A DNA stretch of 51,556 nt from Puniceicoccales bacterium (GTDB lineage: Bacteria; Verrucomicrobiota; Verrucomicrobiia; Opitutales; LL51): the NCBI GenBank assembly GCA_031270475.1, contig JAISXO010000023.1, positions 1 through 51,556 of the forward strand, in the 5' to 3' direction. The notes beneath the pieces are model-generated. The model made no database searches. It was given only the letters and a program-made list of their open reading frames with translations, and was not told the DNA's origin. The translations under genes and the position numbers were made by a program. Each line of letters opens with the position of its first letter. Within the stretch, counting starts at the first letter, position 1. Positions 1 to 8,664 of this stretch are shown in pieces.

Positions 1-140
1 CAACGAAGTTGCTGGCCCGGCACTTTGTGCCGGGCAGGCCTTTTGGCCTGCTGGCCACGGCTCAAGGCCGTGGCCGACCTTTGATTCAGGGACTGGATCC
101 CCTGGAAGGGTCTGGGCCAGTGCCCCGGAAGGCAACCGAC
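1..140. repeat. GC-rich multi-hairpin mosaic repeat, copy A (inside the dnaE reading frame; truncated by the window edge)
   Basis: GC-rich island with consecutive perfect hairpins: GCCCGGCAC-ttt-GTGCCGGGC, CAGGCC-tttt-GGCCTG and GGCCACGGC-tcaag-GCCGTGGCC. It shares the GCAAC-GAA-GTTGC and GGATCCCCTGGAA modules with the copy at 2885-3047. Confidence 0.7.
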
Positions 141-996
141 GGAAAACGGGGAAATGATTTTCGCCGTAGCGCAAGGTAAAATCACACATATCGGCGATGA
201 ATTGGGTATGATCGAGGCATTCGGGATGGTCGCCAAACAACTGTTCCATTTCTTCCCGGGATTTGATATAGAGCTGGTGTGTATTCATACGGAAGCGATT
301 GATATCGGTCACTTTGGCGACGGTCTGAATACAGAGCAACTGGTCATGAGCCTCCCAATCTTCCTGAAAGACGTAGTGAGAATCGTTAGTTGCGACAGGT
401 TTCACGCCATTTTTTTCGGCCAAATTAAAAAGAATGGGGAGAATAGTCTGTGATTCGGGCATGCCGTGATTTTGGACTTCGATGAATAGGCGATCTTTGC
501 CAAAGATTTCCATGAGCCAATCGAGACCTTTTTGAGCGGATTCGAGGTCATTTTGCAACGCCATCGCCGAAAGATACCCTTGGTAACATCCCGTCAAACA
601 AATCAGACCTTCTCCGTAGGCTGCGATGGTCTGCCAATTCACGCGTGGTCGGTAATAGAAACCTTTCCTGTGGGAGATGGAAACGAGTTTCGATAAATTT
701 TTATATCCCGTTTCGTTCATGACCAGGAGGCCCATGTGGTAAAGTGGGAATTTTTCTTTTTGGGTATAATCCCGGTCGAAAGTGGTATAGAGTTCACAGC
801 CGACGATGGGTTTAATGCCGAATGTTTTGGCATATTTAAAGAAATCGGGGACACCGAATAGATTGCCGTGGTCGGTCATTGCGAGAGCGTGCATGCCCAA
901 TTCCTTCGTCCGTGCGAAGAGGCGATCCATACGGCAGGCCCCATCAAGTAAACTGTAATCGGTATGAACGTGCAAATGGACGAAATTTTTCGACAT
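1..996 (-). CDS. dnaE: DNA polymerase III alpha subunit, N-terminal PHP-domain part (partial; ORF runs off the window start)
   Basis: Own minus-strand translation from the ATG at complement of 994-996 gives MSKNFVHLHVHTDYSLLDGACRMDRLFARTKELGMHALAMTDHGNLFGVPDFFKYAKTFGIKPIVGCELY...ATNDSHYVFQEDWEAHDQLLCIQT...FTLRYGENHFPVF. This is colinear with the DnaE PHP domain. There is no stop down to nt 1, so the ORF is absent from the track. The last ~47 codons (nt 1-140) are encoded by a GC-rich repeat. Confidence 0.85.
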   Translation of the reverse strand, partial: MSKNFVHLHVHTDYSLLDGACRMDRLFARTKELGMHALAMTDHGNLFGVPDFFKYAKTFGIKPIVGCELYTTFDRDYTQKEKFPLYHMGLLVMNETGYKNLSKLVSISHRKGFYYRPRVNWQTIAAYGEGLICLTGCYQGYLSAMALQNDLESAQKGLDWLMEIFGKDRLFIEVQNHGMPESQTILPILFNLAEKNGVKPVATNDSHYVFQEDWEAHDQLLCIQTVAKVTDINRFRMNTHQLYIKSREEMEQLFGDHPECLDHTQFIADMCDFTLRYGENHFPVFRRLPSGALAQTLPGDPVPESKVGHGLEPWPAGQKACPAQSAGPATSL

Positions 997-1072
997 GCAC
1001 GGATTATACGAATTTACTCCGACCTGGGTCAACGGCGAAAATATTTTTTTGAAAAATTATTCGTAAAAAAAC

Positions 1073-1100
1073 TTGCAAAATATGAAAAACCCACTAAGAT
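1073..1100 (+). promoter_or_regulatory. Putative sigma70-type promoter (TTGCAA, 16-nt spacer, TAAGAT) 10 nt upstream of the ATG at 1111
   Basis: The hexamers are preceded by an A-tract (aaaaaaac). The -10 ends 10 nt before the start codon and no SD is present. Confidence 0.35.
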
Positions 1101-1110
1101 CCCATTCACT

Positions 1111-1824
1111 ATGAAGTCAAAGTATTATTTATTGTTTGGGCTGTCCTCTTTTTTTATGGGAAATGTTGTATATGGAACAAGGATTATGCTCGAAGTACCT
1201 TTTGTATCAAAGGTACCATTGTTGCCACAAGATGCTAAACTGTCGCCACAGGTCATTAAAAATTTATTAAGAACCGAAGGAACACTCAATACCTATGCCA
1301 TACTTACGGGAATGGTTGAAGAAAAACTCCTGTTAGTAAAAAATAATATCGATTGGATCAATGATCTAATCGAGAGGATTAGGGAAACCTACGAAAATAA
1401 CCTCGAAATGCGAGCTATTCTCGATAATCTGAATGAAAAGCAAAAAAAATTGAGTGACAGTTACCAAATTTGCTCCAAGGAATTGAAACATGAACCTCAA
1501 GGGAATTGTAGCTTGCTCGTCAACGTCATAAAAGATCTGAGGGAAGTACAGGACGCTATTCAGGAATTTAGAAATTCTGCGAGAAACCTTCTGAATCATA
1601 TACGTTTATTTCTCCCCCAAAATCAAAACACATCGGAATTTCAAAGGTTGCGCTGCAGTAAGTCAGAAACAAAACTTATGGATCAACACGGATCCGAAAT
1701 GACAGCAATAACTGACATAATCATTAACAACGTGTTAATCCCCGCATTGGAAGCTTTTAACGAACGTGCCCGCGAAGAACGGGGACGAGGTATTATCGGA
1801 AGCCAAAGCAAACGCGACCTATAA
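1111..1824 (+). CDS. Hypothetical secreted coiled-coil protein
   Basis: Track ORF 964-1824. The internal Met at 1111 gives MKSKYYLLFGLSSFFMGNVVYG, a signal-peptide-like N-terminus. The longer start would overlap the dnaE start and the promoter. The remainder is K/E/L/N-rich and helical. No family recognised. Confidence 0.55.
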   Translation: MKSKYYLLFGLSSFFMGNVVYGTRIMLEVPFVSKVPLLPQDAKLSPQVIKNLLRTEGTLNTYAILTGMVEEKLLLVKNNIDWINDLIERIRETYENNLEMRAILDNLNEKQKKLSDSYQICSKELKHEPQGNCSLLVNVIKDLREVQDAIQEFRNSARNLLNHIRLFLPQNQNTSEFQRLRCSKSETKLMDQHGSEMTAITDIIINNVLIPALEAFNERAREERGRGIIGSQSKRDL

Positions 1825-1838
1825 ATTTTTTTATCCAT

Positions 1839-1869
1839 ATAAACGTTCCAGATCTTCTAGAACGTTTAT
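1839..1869. terminator. Hairpin between convergent genes (ATAAACGTTC-11 nt loop-GAACGTTTAT), followed by TTTA on the plus strand
   Basis: Perfect 10-bp inverted repeat located between the stop at 1824 (+) and the stop at 1893 (-). Confidence 0.45.
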
Positions 1870-1892
1870 TTACGAAAAAATTCTCCTAAAAA

Positions 1893-2870
1893 TTACAGTT
1901 GAAAGTAAACTGAAAGGAAGAATATACCGACAAATGCAAGAAGGAGAATAAGACCTTCGATGCGGTCAATCTCGCGTTTCGTCATAAAAAAGCGTCCCAT
2001 CAGGGCCGTTAAAAAGACCAAGAAAGGAATGCCAATGTGGCATAGGGTTAAATTAACCGGTACAGGGTGAATGAGCGCGCAAATACCCGTGATCATCAAA
2101 CTATTAAAAATATTGGAACCGATAATATTACCGGTACAGATCGCACCGTAACCACGCAATGCAGCAACTAGCGAAATAACAATTTCTGGAATACTCGTCC
2201 CAATGGCAACAATGGTAAATCCAATCAATGCGTCTGACCAGCCCAATGTATGGGCAATTTTCACACTGCTGTCGATGACAAGTTTGGCTCCCATAAATAA
2301 TAGTAAAAGTCCAAGAATAGAGAGCCCCAATGCTTTTTCCAGGTCAATTTCCTGAACGACCGTTGGATTTGCGTCTTCTTCCTCCTTTGCCCAGCGATCG
2401 TTTTTGCAAACGAAATAGAGATATACAATATCCAGGAGAATAAAAATTATTCCCAGAATAAATCCTATGGGAACAAAAATTGCACAAATACCAAAACAAC
2501 CGGTAATGATGCAAAGAAAAGGTATTTCGACTTCAACGATACGAGAAGTAATGGTAAAGGGCTTTATGAGAGCAACGAGACCACCCGCTAGACCTATATT
2601 GACGAGGTTACTGCCAATGACATTTCCAGCGACGATTTCGGGATGATGATCCACCGTGGCGATGAGTGAGGTAATCAGTTCCGGAGCGGAGGTCGAAATT
2701 GCAACGACGGTCATGCCAATGACAAATTGACTAATGCCAAAACGAATGGCCATGGCACTCACCCCGCGACACATAAAATCACCACCGTAGGCTAAAAAGG
2801 AAAAGCCTAAAATCGCGAAAAGAATGACTTCCCACATACTCCTAATGTAATAAGTAATTGTTAAAAGCAA
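1893..2870 (-). CDS. Ca2+/Na+ (CaCA family, YrbG-like) antiporter
   Basis: 325-aa polytopic membrane protein with duplicated alpha-repeat motifs: GTSAPELITSL...GNVIGSNLVNIGL and GTSIPEIVISL...GNIIGSNIFNSL. Confidence 0.85.
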   Translation of the reverse strand: MLLTITYYIRSMWEVILFAILGFSFLAYGGDFMCRGVSAMAIRFGISQFVIGMTVVAISTSAPELITSLIATVDHHPEIVAGNVIGSNLVNIGLAGGLVALIKPFTITSRIVEVEIPFLCIITGCFGICAIFVPIGFILGIIFILLDIVYLYFVCKNDRWAKEEEDANPTVVQEIDLEKALGLSILGLLLLFMGAKLVIDSSVKIAHTLGWSDALIGFTIVAIGTSIPEIVISLVAALRGYGAICTGNIIGSNIFNSLMITGICALIHPVPVNLTLCHIGIPFLVFLTALMGRFFMTKREIDRIEGLILLLAFVGIFFLSVYFQL

Positions 2871-2884
2871 GCAATTTGTGGTAA

Positions 2885-3047
2885 GTCACTTCCTAAGAAC
2901 TCCTCGCCCCTAGAATCCTTGCCTGGAGATCCAGCCCCTGGAACAGGAGTCCGGCCCGGCAGCTCCGGGCAACGCCCGGGGCTGCCGGGGGGAAGGCCCG
3001 ATCCCAATAGGGATCGGGCAACGAAGTTGCCTTGCCCTTTTTTTGTG
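2885..3047. repeat. GC-rich multi-hairpin mosaic repeat, copy B
   Basis: Contains CCTAGAATCC..CCTGGAGATCCAGCCCCTGG, GGCCCGATCCC-aata-GGGATCGGGC and GGCAAC-gaa-GTTGCC. The track ORFs 2861-3079 and 2893-3108 are P/G/R-rich read-through of this repeat. Confidence 0.75.
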
Positions 3048-3108
3048 GAGCTGAGGAACATGAGAATGGCCGCAACCATGGTGCCATAGGAATTCGCAAC
3101 GGTCCCAT

Positions 3109-3240
3109 TTAAGTTATTGTTAAAAATCGTGGGACCTTCGCTGCTTTCGGATAGGCGATAAAGTAATCATTGATCGCTTGGTAAGCGTTGATGATATTTT
3201 CGTAGTCTCTTTTATACCGTTCGTTGCCATTAACATCCAT
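3109..3240 (-). CDS. Small hypothetical ORF (43 aa)
   Basis: Own translation: MDVNGNERYKRDYENIINAYQAINDYFIAYPKAAKVPRFLTIT. It is preceded by GAGGAG 4 nt upstream of the ATG. It falls below the track length cutoff and has no recognisable family. Confidence 0.2.
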   Translation of the reverse strand: MDVNGNERYKRDYENIINAYQAINDYFIAYPKAAKVPRFLTIT

Positions 3241-3340
3241 GGCACTCCTCGAGTGCTACTTAACCTACTTAAGCTTCACCATGGGTTGCTCCTCCCTCAT
3301 TTTAGGGGTCTCAACAACCATAAATTACGCATCCATGGCT

Positions 3341-3580
3341 TTAGTCATGGCGGTCCCTAGGAACGGAGTCCTGTTTTAGGCTATTCCAATTGGAAAGTTT
3401 GTTATGGCCTCTTGACGTCAATTCATTATAGAATACTTGGTCATCGTTTTTGGCAACGGTATCATTGCCAACATATGTCTTACTACTTCCAGAGGCGAAA
3501 CTTGCATAGACCCAGGATGCTCTATGTTTTGCGTGGTCTTTTTGCATCCCCAAAATTCTATTCAAAATCCTCTCTCTCAC
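3341..3580 (-). CDS. Hypothetical protein (79 aa, GTG start abutting the stop of the upstream pseudopilin gene)
   Basis: Track ORF. It directly follows the 3581-4024 gene on the same strand. No family recognised. Confidence 0.3.
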   Translation of the reverse strand: MRERILNRILGMQKDHAKHRASWVYASFASGSSKTYVGNDTVAKNDDQVFYNELTSRGHNKLSNWNSLKQDSVPRDRHD

Positions 3581-4024
3581 TCATACACTGATCCCTAAAC
3601 TATTCGCGACAACGGATTGTTTTATCTCGACATGCGGCAGCGTGAGGCGCGGAACTTGATTTTTGCTATCCCAGGGATAAAGTTCATAAATCGTTTCTGT
3701 GACACTTTCATTTGCTCCGGCTTCAACCTCTTTACGTTCCAATACAAAAATAGCCCCATCGAACCCGCTTGCCGTATCCGCGATCACAAAAATTCCATTC
3801 CTGTATCCGCAGTAAGCCTGATTACTAGTATCCAGTTCCGGCGCTTTGGGGAATACACTCAAAACATTTTGCACGTTTTTCGCCGTATTGGTCAGGAGCA
3901 TTTCCTGTATCCGCTTTTCCGTTTTACCCGTGCTTTCCGCCATGTGCGTCAAAAGTATCGGTAGCGAAAATCCTAGAATCCCAACCGCTAATACAATTTC
4001 CAATAACGAAAATCCCCGTTTCAT
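3581..4024 (-). CDS. Prepilin-type N-terminal cleavage/methylation domain protein (pseudopilin-like)
   Basis: The N-terminus MKRGFSLLEIVLAVGILGF matches the G-F-(T/S)-L-(I/L)-E prepilin signature followed by a hydrophobic helix. Confidence 0.65.
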   Translation of the reverse strand: MKRGFSLLEIVLAVGILGFSLPILLTHMAESTGKTEKRIQEMLLTNTAKNVQNVLSVFPKAPELDTSNQAYCGYRNGIFVIADTASGFDGAIFVLERKEVEAGANESVTETIYELYPWDSKNQVPRLTLPHVEIKQSVVANSLGISV

Positions 4025-4665
4025 ATTGCTCCTTTTATTGCATCTTTTGACTCCAATATCACTCTACTGCCCATCACCGTAACCATCAATCCGCTAATAT
4101 TCGTGTCTTTTTTTAATTTTATTCCATTTCCGACCTTTGCACCGTAACCAATGGCTATAATAGTCGCGGCTCCGGAAAATAGGCGGCCTTCCGGCGTGAA
4201 TGTAAAATCATAACCGCTGACAGATTCTCCCTGTAAAACGGCTTCCTCATCGAGATAGGTGTACCCCGAGAGATCTTTGTTATCAAGATGTTTCGAAAGA
4301 TTATCTAAGGGTATAATAAATGTGTGTTCGGGCAGTAAGATTTCACGTTCCGTTATCCAGCCATTTTTCGTTTGTTTTATGATTGCTATGCGCCGAAATT
4401 TTAAATCCGATGAGGTGTCGATGAAAATTTTCGCATAAATATTGCCTGCGATGGCCTGTTCGCGTGCATTGTCAAAACTTGACGCAAGAAGTGCTATCGC
4501 TGTCTTAATTTGCTGATTTTCATTATTTCCCGTGACATTTAGTTGCACTAGGAAAAATAGGAATATCGATACCAATGTGATCACCGTTATTAGCTCGATC
4601 AATGTAAAACTATTGATTTTCCTCCCCACCGGGTCGTATAATGAAAACATTCTATAGTTTGGCAA
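4021..4665 (-). CDS. Prepilin-type N-terminal domain protein, GspH/FimT-like pseudopilin
   Basis: Contains ...KINSFTLIELITVITLVSIFLF then ...ALLASSFDNAREQAIAGN, which is typical of GspH/FimT-type minor pseudopilins. It overlaps the downstream gene by 4 nt. The exact start is uncertain. Confidence 0.6.
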   Translation of the reverse strand: MPNYRMFSLYDPVGRKINSFTLIELITVITLVSIFLFFLVQLNVTGNNENQQIKTAIALLASSFDNAREQAIAGNIYAKIFIDTSSDLKFRRIAIIKQTKNGWITEREILLPEHTFIIPLDNLSKHLDNKDLSGYTYLDEEAVLQGESVSGYDFTFTPEGRLFSGAATIIAIGYGAKVGNGIKLKKDTNISGLMVTVMGSRVILESKDAIKGAI

Positions 4666-4683
4666 ATGTTAATTGTGTGTTTA

Positions 4684-4845
4684 CTGGGGCGCTGCCCCAG
4701 ACCCCGCCAGGGAATACCATTCCCTGGACCGGGATTCCCGGCTCGCCGGGCACAGCCCGACTGATCCGGGAACGGCCGGAGGCCCCGCGGCGAAGGCGCG
4801 GGACCTTCCCCAGTGAGGTTAAAAAGTCGTGATTCCTTTCGGACT
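4684..4845. repeat. GC-rich multi-hairpin mosaic repeat, copy C (between divergent gene starts)
   Basis: Hairpins CTGGGGC-gct-GCCCCAG, CCAGGGAAT-acc-ATTCCCTGG and CCCGG-ctcg-CCGGG, plus a CCCCGCGGCGAAGGCGCGGG module. The track ORFs 4599-4883(-) and 4641-4832(+) are read-through. Confidence 0.75.
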
Positions 4846-4860
4846 ATGAAGTGAAATGTT

Positions 4861-5601
4861 ATGGGCACAAATATTATTGTCATTACGGTACGGAGTTTAT
4901 ATTTAGGGATGACATTGGATTTTCACTTTACATTAAAAACGGTTGCAGATGCGGAAGATTGGTGTGTATTTGAAAAGCCAATTGGCATTGACATGGAAGT
5001 TTTATTAGCGATGAAACTTTCTTTATTTTCGCCGATTTATCGTCTTGATTCAGAATTGAGCGGTATTATTTTATGTGCCAAGAATAAGAATTTTTACAAT
5101 GAATTAAGAAATGGATATGGTTCAGAAGCGATGACGTTTCATTTTACAATCCTCGCCCAAAATGATGTCAATTTATTAGAAGAAATTGTTTGTGATTTAC
5201 CGATTGCGCAACATCGCGAGCGGGACTGCATGATTATTTCCCATACAACGGGAAAGAAGGCGCGAACTATTTTTAAAAAAATTGCAACATTAGAACAATT
5301 TACTCTTTGGTCAGCAGAGACGAAATTTTTACGAAAACATCAAATTCGCCTTCACGCACACGAAATGGGGATCAAGATTTTGGGCGAAGATATTTACGAT
5401 AAAATTCCAACACCCTTTCTTTCGGATTTTAAATCGAACGTAAAATCAAATCGCAAGAGACTTGCAATGCCATTATATTCGGCGACTTGTGTTTGTTTAC
5501 CTGAAATTAACTTTTTCTATGGGGGAAGCGATATAAAAATAAGGTCGCCACTGCCTAGCAAATTTGCATCAATGTTAAAAATTATAAAAAAATGGAACTA
5601 A
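4861..5601 (+). CDS. RluA-family pseudouridine synthase-like protein (no S4 domain)
   Basis: Motifs IYRLDSELSGIILCAK (compare HRLDxxTSG, with the catalytic Asp) and LRKHQIRLHAHEMG (compare RxHQIRxH). The start is uncertain (alternative Met at 4909). Confidence 0.65.
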   Translation: MGTNIIVITVRSLYLGMTLDFHFTLKTVADAEDWCVFEKPIGIDMEVLLAMKLSLFSPIYRLDSELSGIILCAKNKNFYNELRNGYGSEAMTFHFTILAQNDVNLLEEIVCDLPIAQHRERDCMIISHTTGKKARTIFKKIATLEQFTLWSAETKFLRKHQIRLHAHEMGIKILGEDIYDKIPTPFLSDFKSNVKSNRKRLAMPLYSATCVCLPEINFFYGGSDIKIRSPLPSKFASMLKIIKKWN

Positions 5602-6074
5602 AAATCGGCCATGGTTATGACATTCATCGGCTTATTAAGGGGCGAGCTTTAATTTTAGGAGGTATTAAAATTCCATTCAAGTATGGCTTATTTGGCCATT
5701 CCGATGCGGATTGCCTTTGCCATGCGATCACCGATGCGCTTCTCGGTGCGCTGGCACTTCCCGATATTGGTCAATCGTATCCGAATACGGATGAAAGAAC
5801 GATGAACATAAATTCGACAGAAATATTGCAAAATATTTACAGGAATGAAATTCTTCATCGAGGTTATAAAATTGTAAATATTGATTCTACGATTATCGCG
5901 CAGGAACCAAGATTAGCGCCATACATCGATCAGATGCGTCAAAAATTAACTCAATTATTACAGCTTTCGATGGAGCAAATCGGTATTAAGGCGACGACGA
6001 ACGAAGGTCTCGATGCCATAGGCGAGCAGAGGGGCATCGCCTGCCACTCCGTTTGCTTATTAAATAAAATGTAA
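5592..6074 (+). CDS. ispF: 2-C-methyl-D-erythritol 2,4-cyclodiphosphate synthase
   Basis: IGHGYDIHRL...GHSDADCLCHAITDALLGA...ATTNEGLDAIG, 160 aa, canonical IspF. Confidence 0.93.
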   Translation: MELKIGHGYDIHRLIKGRALILGGIKIPFKYGLFGHSDADCLCHAITDALLGALALPDIGQSYPNTDERTMNINSTEILQNIYRNEILHRGYKIVNIDSTIIAQEPRLAPYIDQMRQKLTQLLQLSMEQIGIKATTNEGLDAIGEQRGIACHSVCLLNKM

Positions 6075-6165
6075 ATTATTTAGGGTTATATTTTCGGAAA
6101 TATTATTTTATTATCCATGGAAATGTGAAATTATTAATATTTCACGGAAAAATAGGTCCATAGTT

Positions 6166-8400
6166 TTACAAAAAATCTAAAGCATCAACGTCAAAGGCTA
6201 GATAAATACCCGACGGAATAGTGAGTTGACTGCGAAAAAATTGTAATTTTTCGACGATTTTACTTACGCTCCGTACAAAAATTAAAATGGAATAGCGATA
6301 GCGATTTTGCAACTTCTCTAAAGGGGAAACCATTGGTCCTCGAATTTCAACCGAATCATTTATAAGAAAATCAACCAATTTTTTAGAAAAATTTTCAGAA
6401 AACAGCTTTAACAATTCCAAATTTTCTCCCGATAAATTTACATTAATAATGTGCCGATAAGGCGGGTAACCAAACATTTCTCGCATTTTTAATTCGCTCA
6501 CGGAAAATTCCGCGTAATCCGCATTTTTGGAAAGGAATATAATCTCGTTCCCGGGAATGTGCGTTTGAATGACGACTTCTCCAGAAATTTCTCCGCGTCC
6601 AGCCCTGCCAGCTACTTGCACCAACAGTTGAAAAGTCCGCTCATTTGCTCGAAAATCTTGCTGATTAAGAGAGCCATCCGCATTTAATAACCCTACAAGT
6701 GTCACATTCGGGAAATCTAATCCCTTCGCAATCATCTGCGTTCCGAGTAAAATATCTATTTTTTTTCTGCGAAAATCCGATAAAAAATAAATAAATTCAT
6801 GTTTTTTTCCCATAATATCCGAATCGATGCGTGCGGCACGCGCTTGAGGAAAAAGCTCGTTCACCATCTGTTCAACGCGCTGCGTTCCGATACCATTGTA
6901 AAGAATTTCTATAGTCCCACACTTTGGACACTTACTGTGTAATGCTTCCCGATAACTACAAAAGTGACAAATTAGTAAATTTTTTGTTTTATGATAGGTC
7001 AATGGAATACTACAATGAGGGCAAGTCGCAATAAAATCACAACATTTACACAAAACGCTTGGCGCATATCCTCGGCGATTAAGAAAAAGTATGATTTGCT
7101 CCTTTTTCTCGAGGCGTTCTTCCATTTTTTTTATAAGCAATCGGGAAAAAACATTTTTTTCATAACGCATATCGACGACATGTACCAACGGTAGTTGACA
7201 ACGATCGATGCGGCGAGGAAGCATTTCAAGTTTATAATTTTTAAATCTTGTGTTAAAATAAGATTCGATCGAAGGAGTCGCAGAGCCTAATAAACAAACG
7301 GCATCATACAATTTCGCGCGGTAAATCGCCACATCGCGGCCATGATAGCGGGGGTGTTCACCCTGCTTGTAAGCCGATTCGTGCTCCTCGTCGACGATAA
7401 TTAATTGTAAATTATTGAGGGGCAGAAAAACTGCCGAGCGAGCCCCGACGGCAACCGTCGAAGCCGCGTTTAAAGCCCCTTGCCAGGCATCGCGTCGCTC
7501 TCCGTCCGATAGGCCGCTATGCCAAACCAAGACCGGTAGTCCCTCGAAACGGGAACGCAATTTTTCCACAACTTGAGCCGTCAGAGCAAGCTCCGGCAAC
7601 AGGTATAAAACTGAACCACCTCTGTTCAAAACGTGACGAATCAACTCGATATAAACCTCCGTTTTTCCCGATCCAGTCACGCCATGCAGCAGGTGTACAT
7701 TGAAAATTTTGCTCGCCAAACTCCTTGTAACTGATGCCACAATTTGTGTCTGCTCCGGCGTTAGCGTTATATTTTCACTGCATTTATTTAACAAATCAAG
7801 CGCGCCGTAGGCGATTCGTTCCTGTCGCTGAAAAGTTTCGTAGATAATATTTTTTCGTAGTAAAGCCTCTAAAATATTCCGTGAAAATTTTTCTAAAAAT
7901 TCGCTTTTTGCAATAGATGGATTTCGCCGCAAAAATTGTAAAGCTTCGTATTGTTTAGGAAATTTTTTTTTATCAATTGCGGGTTCATTTTGGGATGCAA
8001 ATTGCAAACAAGAAATTAATTTAAAGGGAATATTTTTACGAATTACCGATGGAATCGCCGTATCAATCACAGAGAATAAATCGCAAAGATAATACTTCGC
8101 AATCCAAAAATAGAGCTTAATGAGTGTTGCATCGGCAATCGGAATGTCGTAAACTGTGCTCAAAATGGGTTTCAAAGGATAAGAGAGCGTTGCGGGATTT
8201 TTTTCATCGAGCGCAATTACGAGTCCTATTTTTTTAGATTGGCCGACGATGATATTGGCGAGTGAACCGACTTGGACCATCCCATGTAAAGCATCGGGAA
8301 CCGCATAAAATAACGCGCGATCGATAGGAGCAAAAATCAAAACTTCGGCAACAAGCATCGTGTTTATTATTCGAGAGTATATTTTTTTTTTATATTGCAA
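6166..8400 (-). CDS. priA: Primosomal protein N' (replication restart helicase PriA)
   Basis: Walker A LLHGVTGSGKTEVY, DEEH box (IIVDEEHESAYKQ), Cys-rich zinc module (CKCCDFIATCPHCSIPLTYH...CHFCSY...CPKCG), 744 aa. Confidence 0.92.
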   Translation of the reverse strand: MQYKKKIYSRIINTMLVAEVLIFAPIDRALFYAVPDALHGMVQVGSLANIIVGQSKKIGLVIALDEKNPATLSYPLKPILSTVYDIPIADATLIKLYFWIAKYYLCDLFSVIDTAIPSVIRKNIPFKLISCLQFASQNEPAIDKKKFPKQYEALQFLRRNPSIAKSEFLEKFSRNILEALLRKNIIYETFQRQERIAYGALDLLNKCSENITLTPEQTQIVASVTRSLASKIFNVHLLHGVTGSGKTEVYIELIRHVLNRGGSVLYLLPELALTAQVVEKLRSRFEGLPVLVWHSGLSDGERRDAWQGALNAASTVAVGARSAVFLPLNNLQLIIVDEEHESAYKQGEHPRYHGRDVAIYRAKLYDAVCLLGSATPSIESYFNTRFKNYKLEMLPRRIDRCQLPLVHVVDMRYEKNVFSRLLIKKMEERLEKKEQIILFLNRRGYAPSVLCKCCDFIATCPHCSIPLTYHKTKNLLICHFCSYREALHSKCPKCGTIEILYNGIGTQRVEQMVNELFPQARAARIDSDIMGKKHEFIYFLSDFRRKKIDILLGTQMIAKGLDFPNVTLVGLLNADGSLNQQDFRANERTFQLLVQVAGRAGRGEISGEVVIQTHIPGNEIIFLSKNADYAEFSVSELKMREMFGYPPYRHIINVNLSGENLELLKLFSENFSKKLVDFLINDSVEIRGPMVSPLEKLQNRYRYSILIFVRSVSKIVEKLQFFRSQLTIPSGIYLAFDVDALDFL

Positions 8401-8664
8401 CTCCTGCTGTTGTTATTTTTTCAAATTTGTTTGTTTTTTTGCATTTTCGTGGGAAATTTTTCCAGTTTTTCAGTGTTTTTGTCGGTCAATTTTACGTAAA
8501 GATTATTGTGGAATATTTAATGATATTTTATGATATTTTTTTTATTTTCGCTTTTTGTTTACTATGTGATATTCTTGCCAGGAAGAAAAAGAAAAAAACA
8601 ATAATTTGCCATCGATTATACTCGCTTTTTTTCTAAAAAAATTTTTTTCTGTTTTAGGTAAAAA

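Noticed and set aside
154-453. 99-aa plus-strand track ORF
   Set aside because: It lies antisense to the clearly recognisable dnaE PHP-domain frame on the minus strand, and it has no recognisable motifs of its own.
964-1110. N-terminal extension of track ORF 964-1824
   Set aside because: It overlaps the dnaE start codon region and a promoter-like TTGCAA/TAAGAT pair. The Met at 1111 gives a proper signal peptide.
2861-3108. Two overlapping minus-strand ORFs (72 and 71 aa), P/G/R/A-rich
   Set aside because: Both are read-through of GC-rich repeat copy B. GC-rich DNA lacks stop codons by composition. The same applies to 4599-4883(-), 4641-4832(+), 31060-31329(+), 38270-38470(-), 38292-38513(+) and 38374-38565(-) over other repeat copies.
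6125-6145. AT-rich hairpin GTGAAAT-tattaat-ATTTCAC between convergent ispF and priA
   Set aside because: A 7-bp AT-rich stem without a clear flanking T-tract is too weak to call a terminator.
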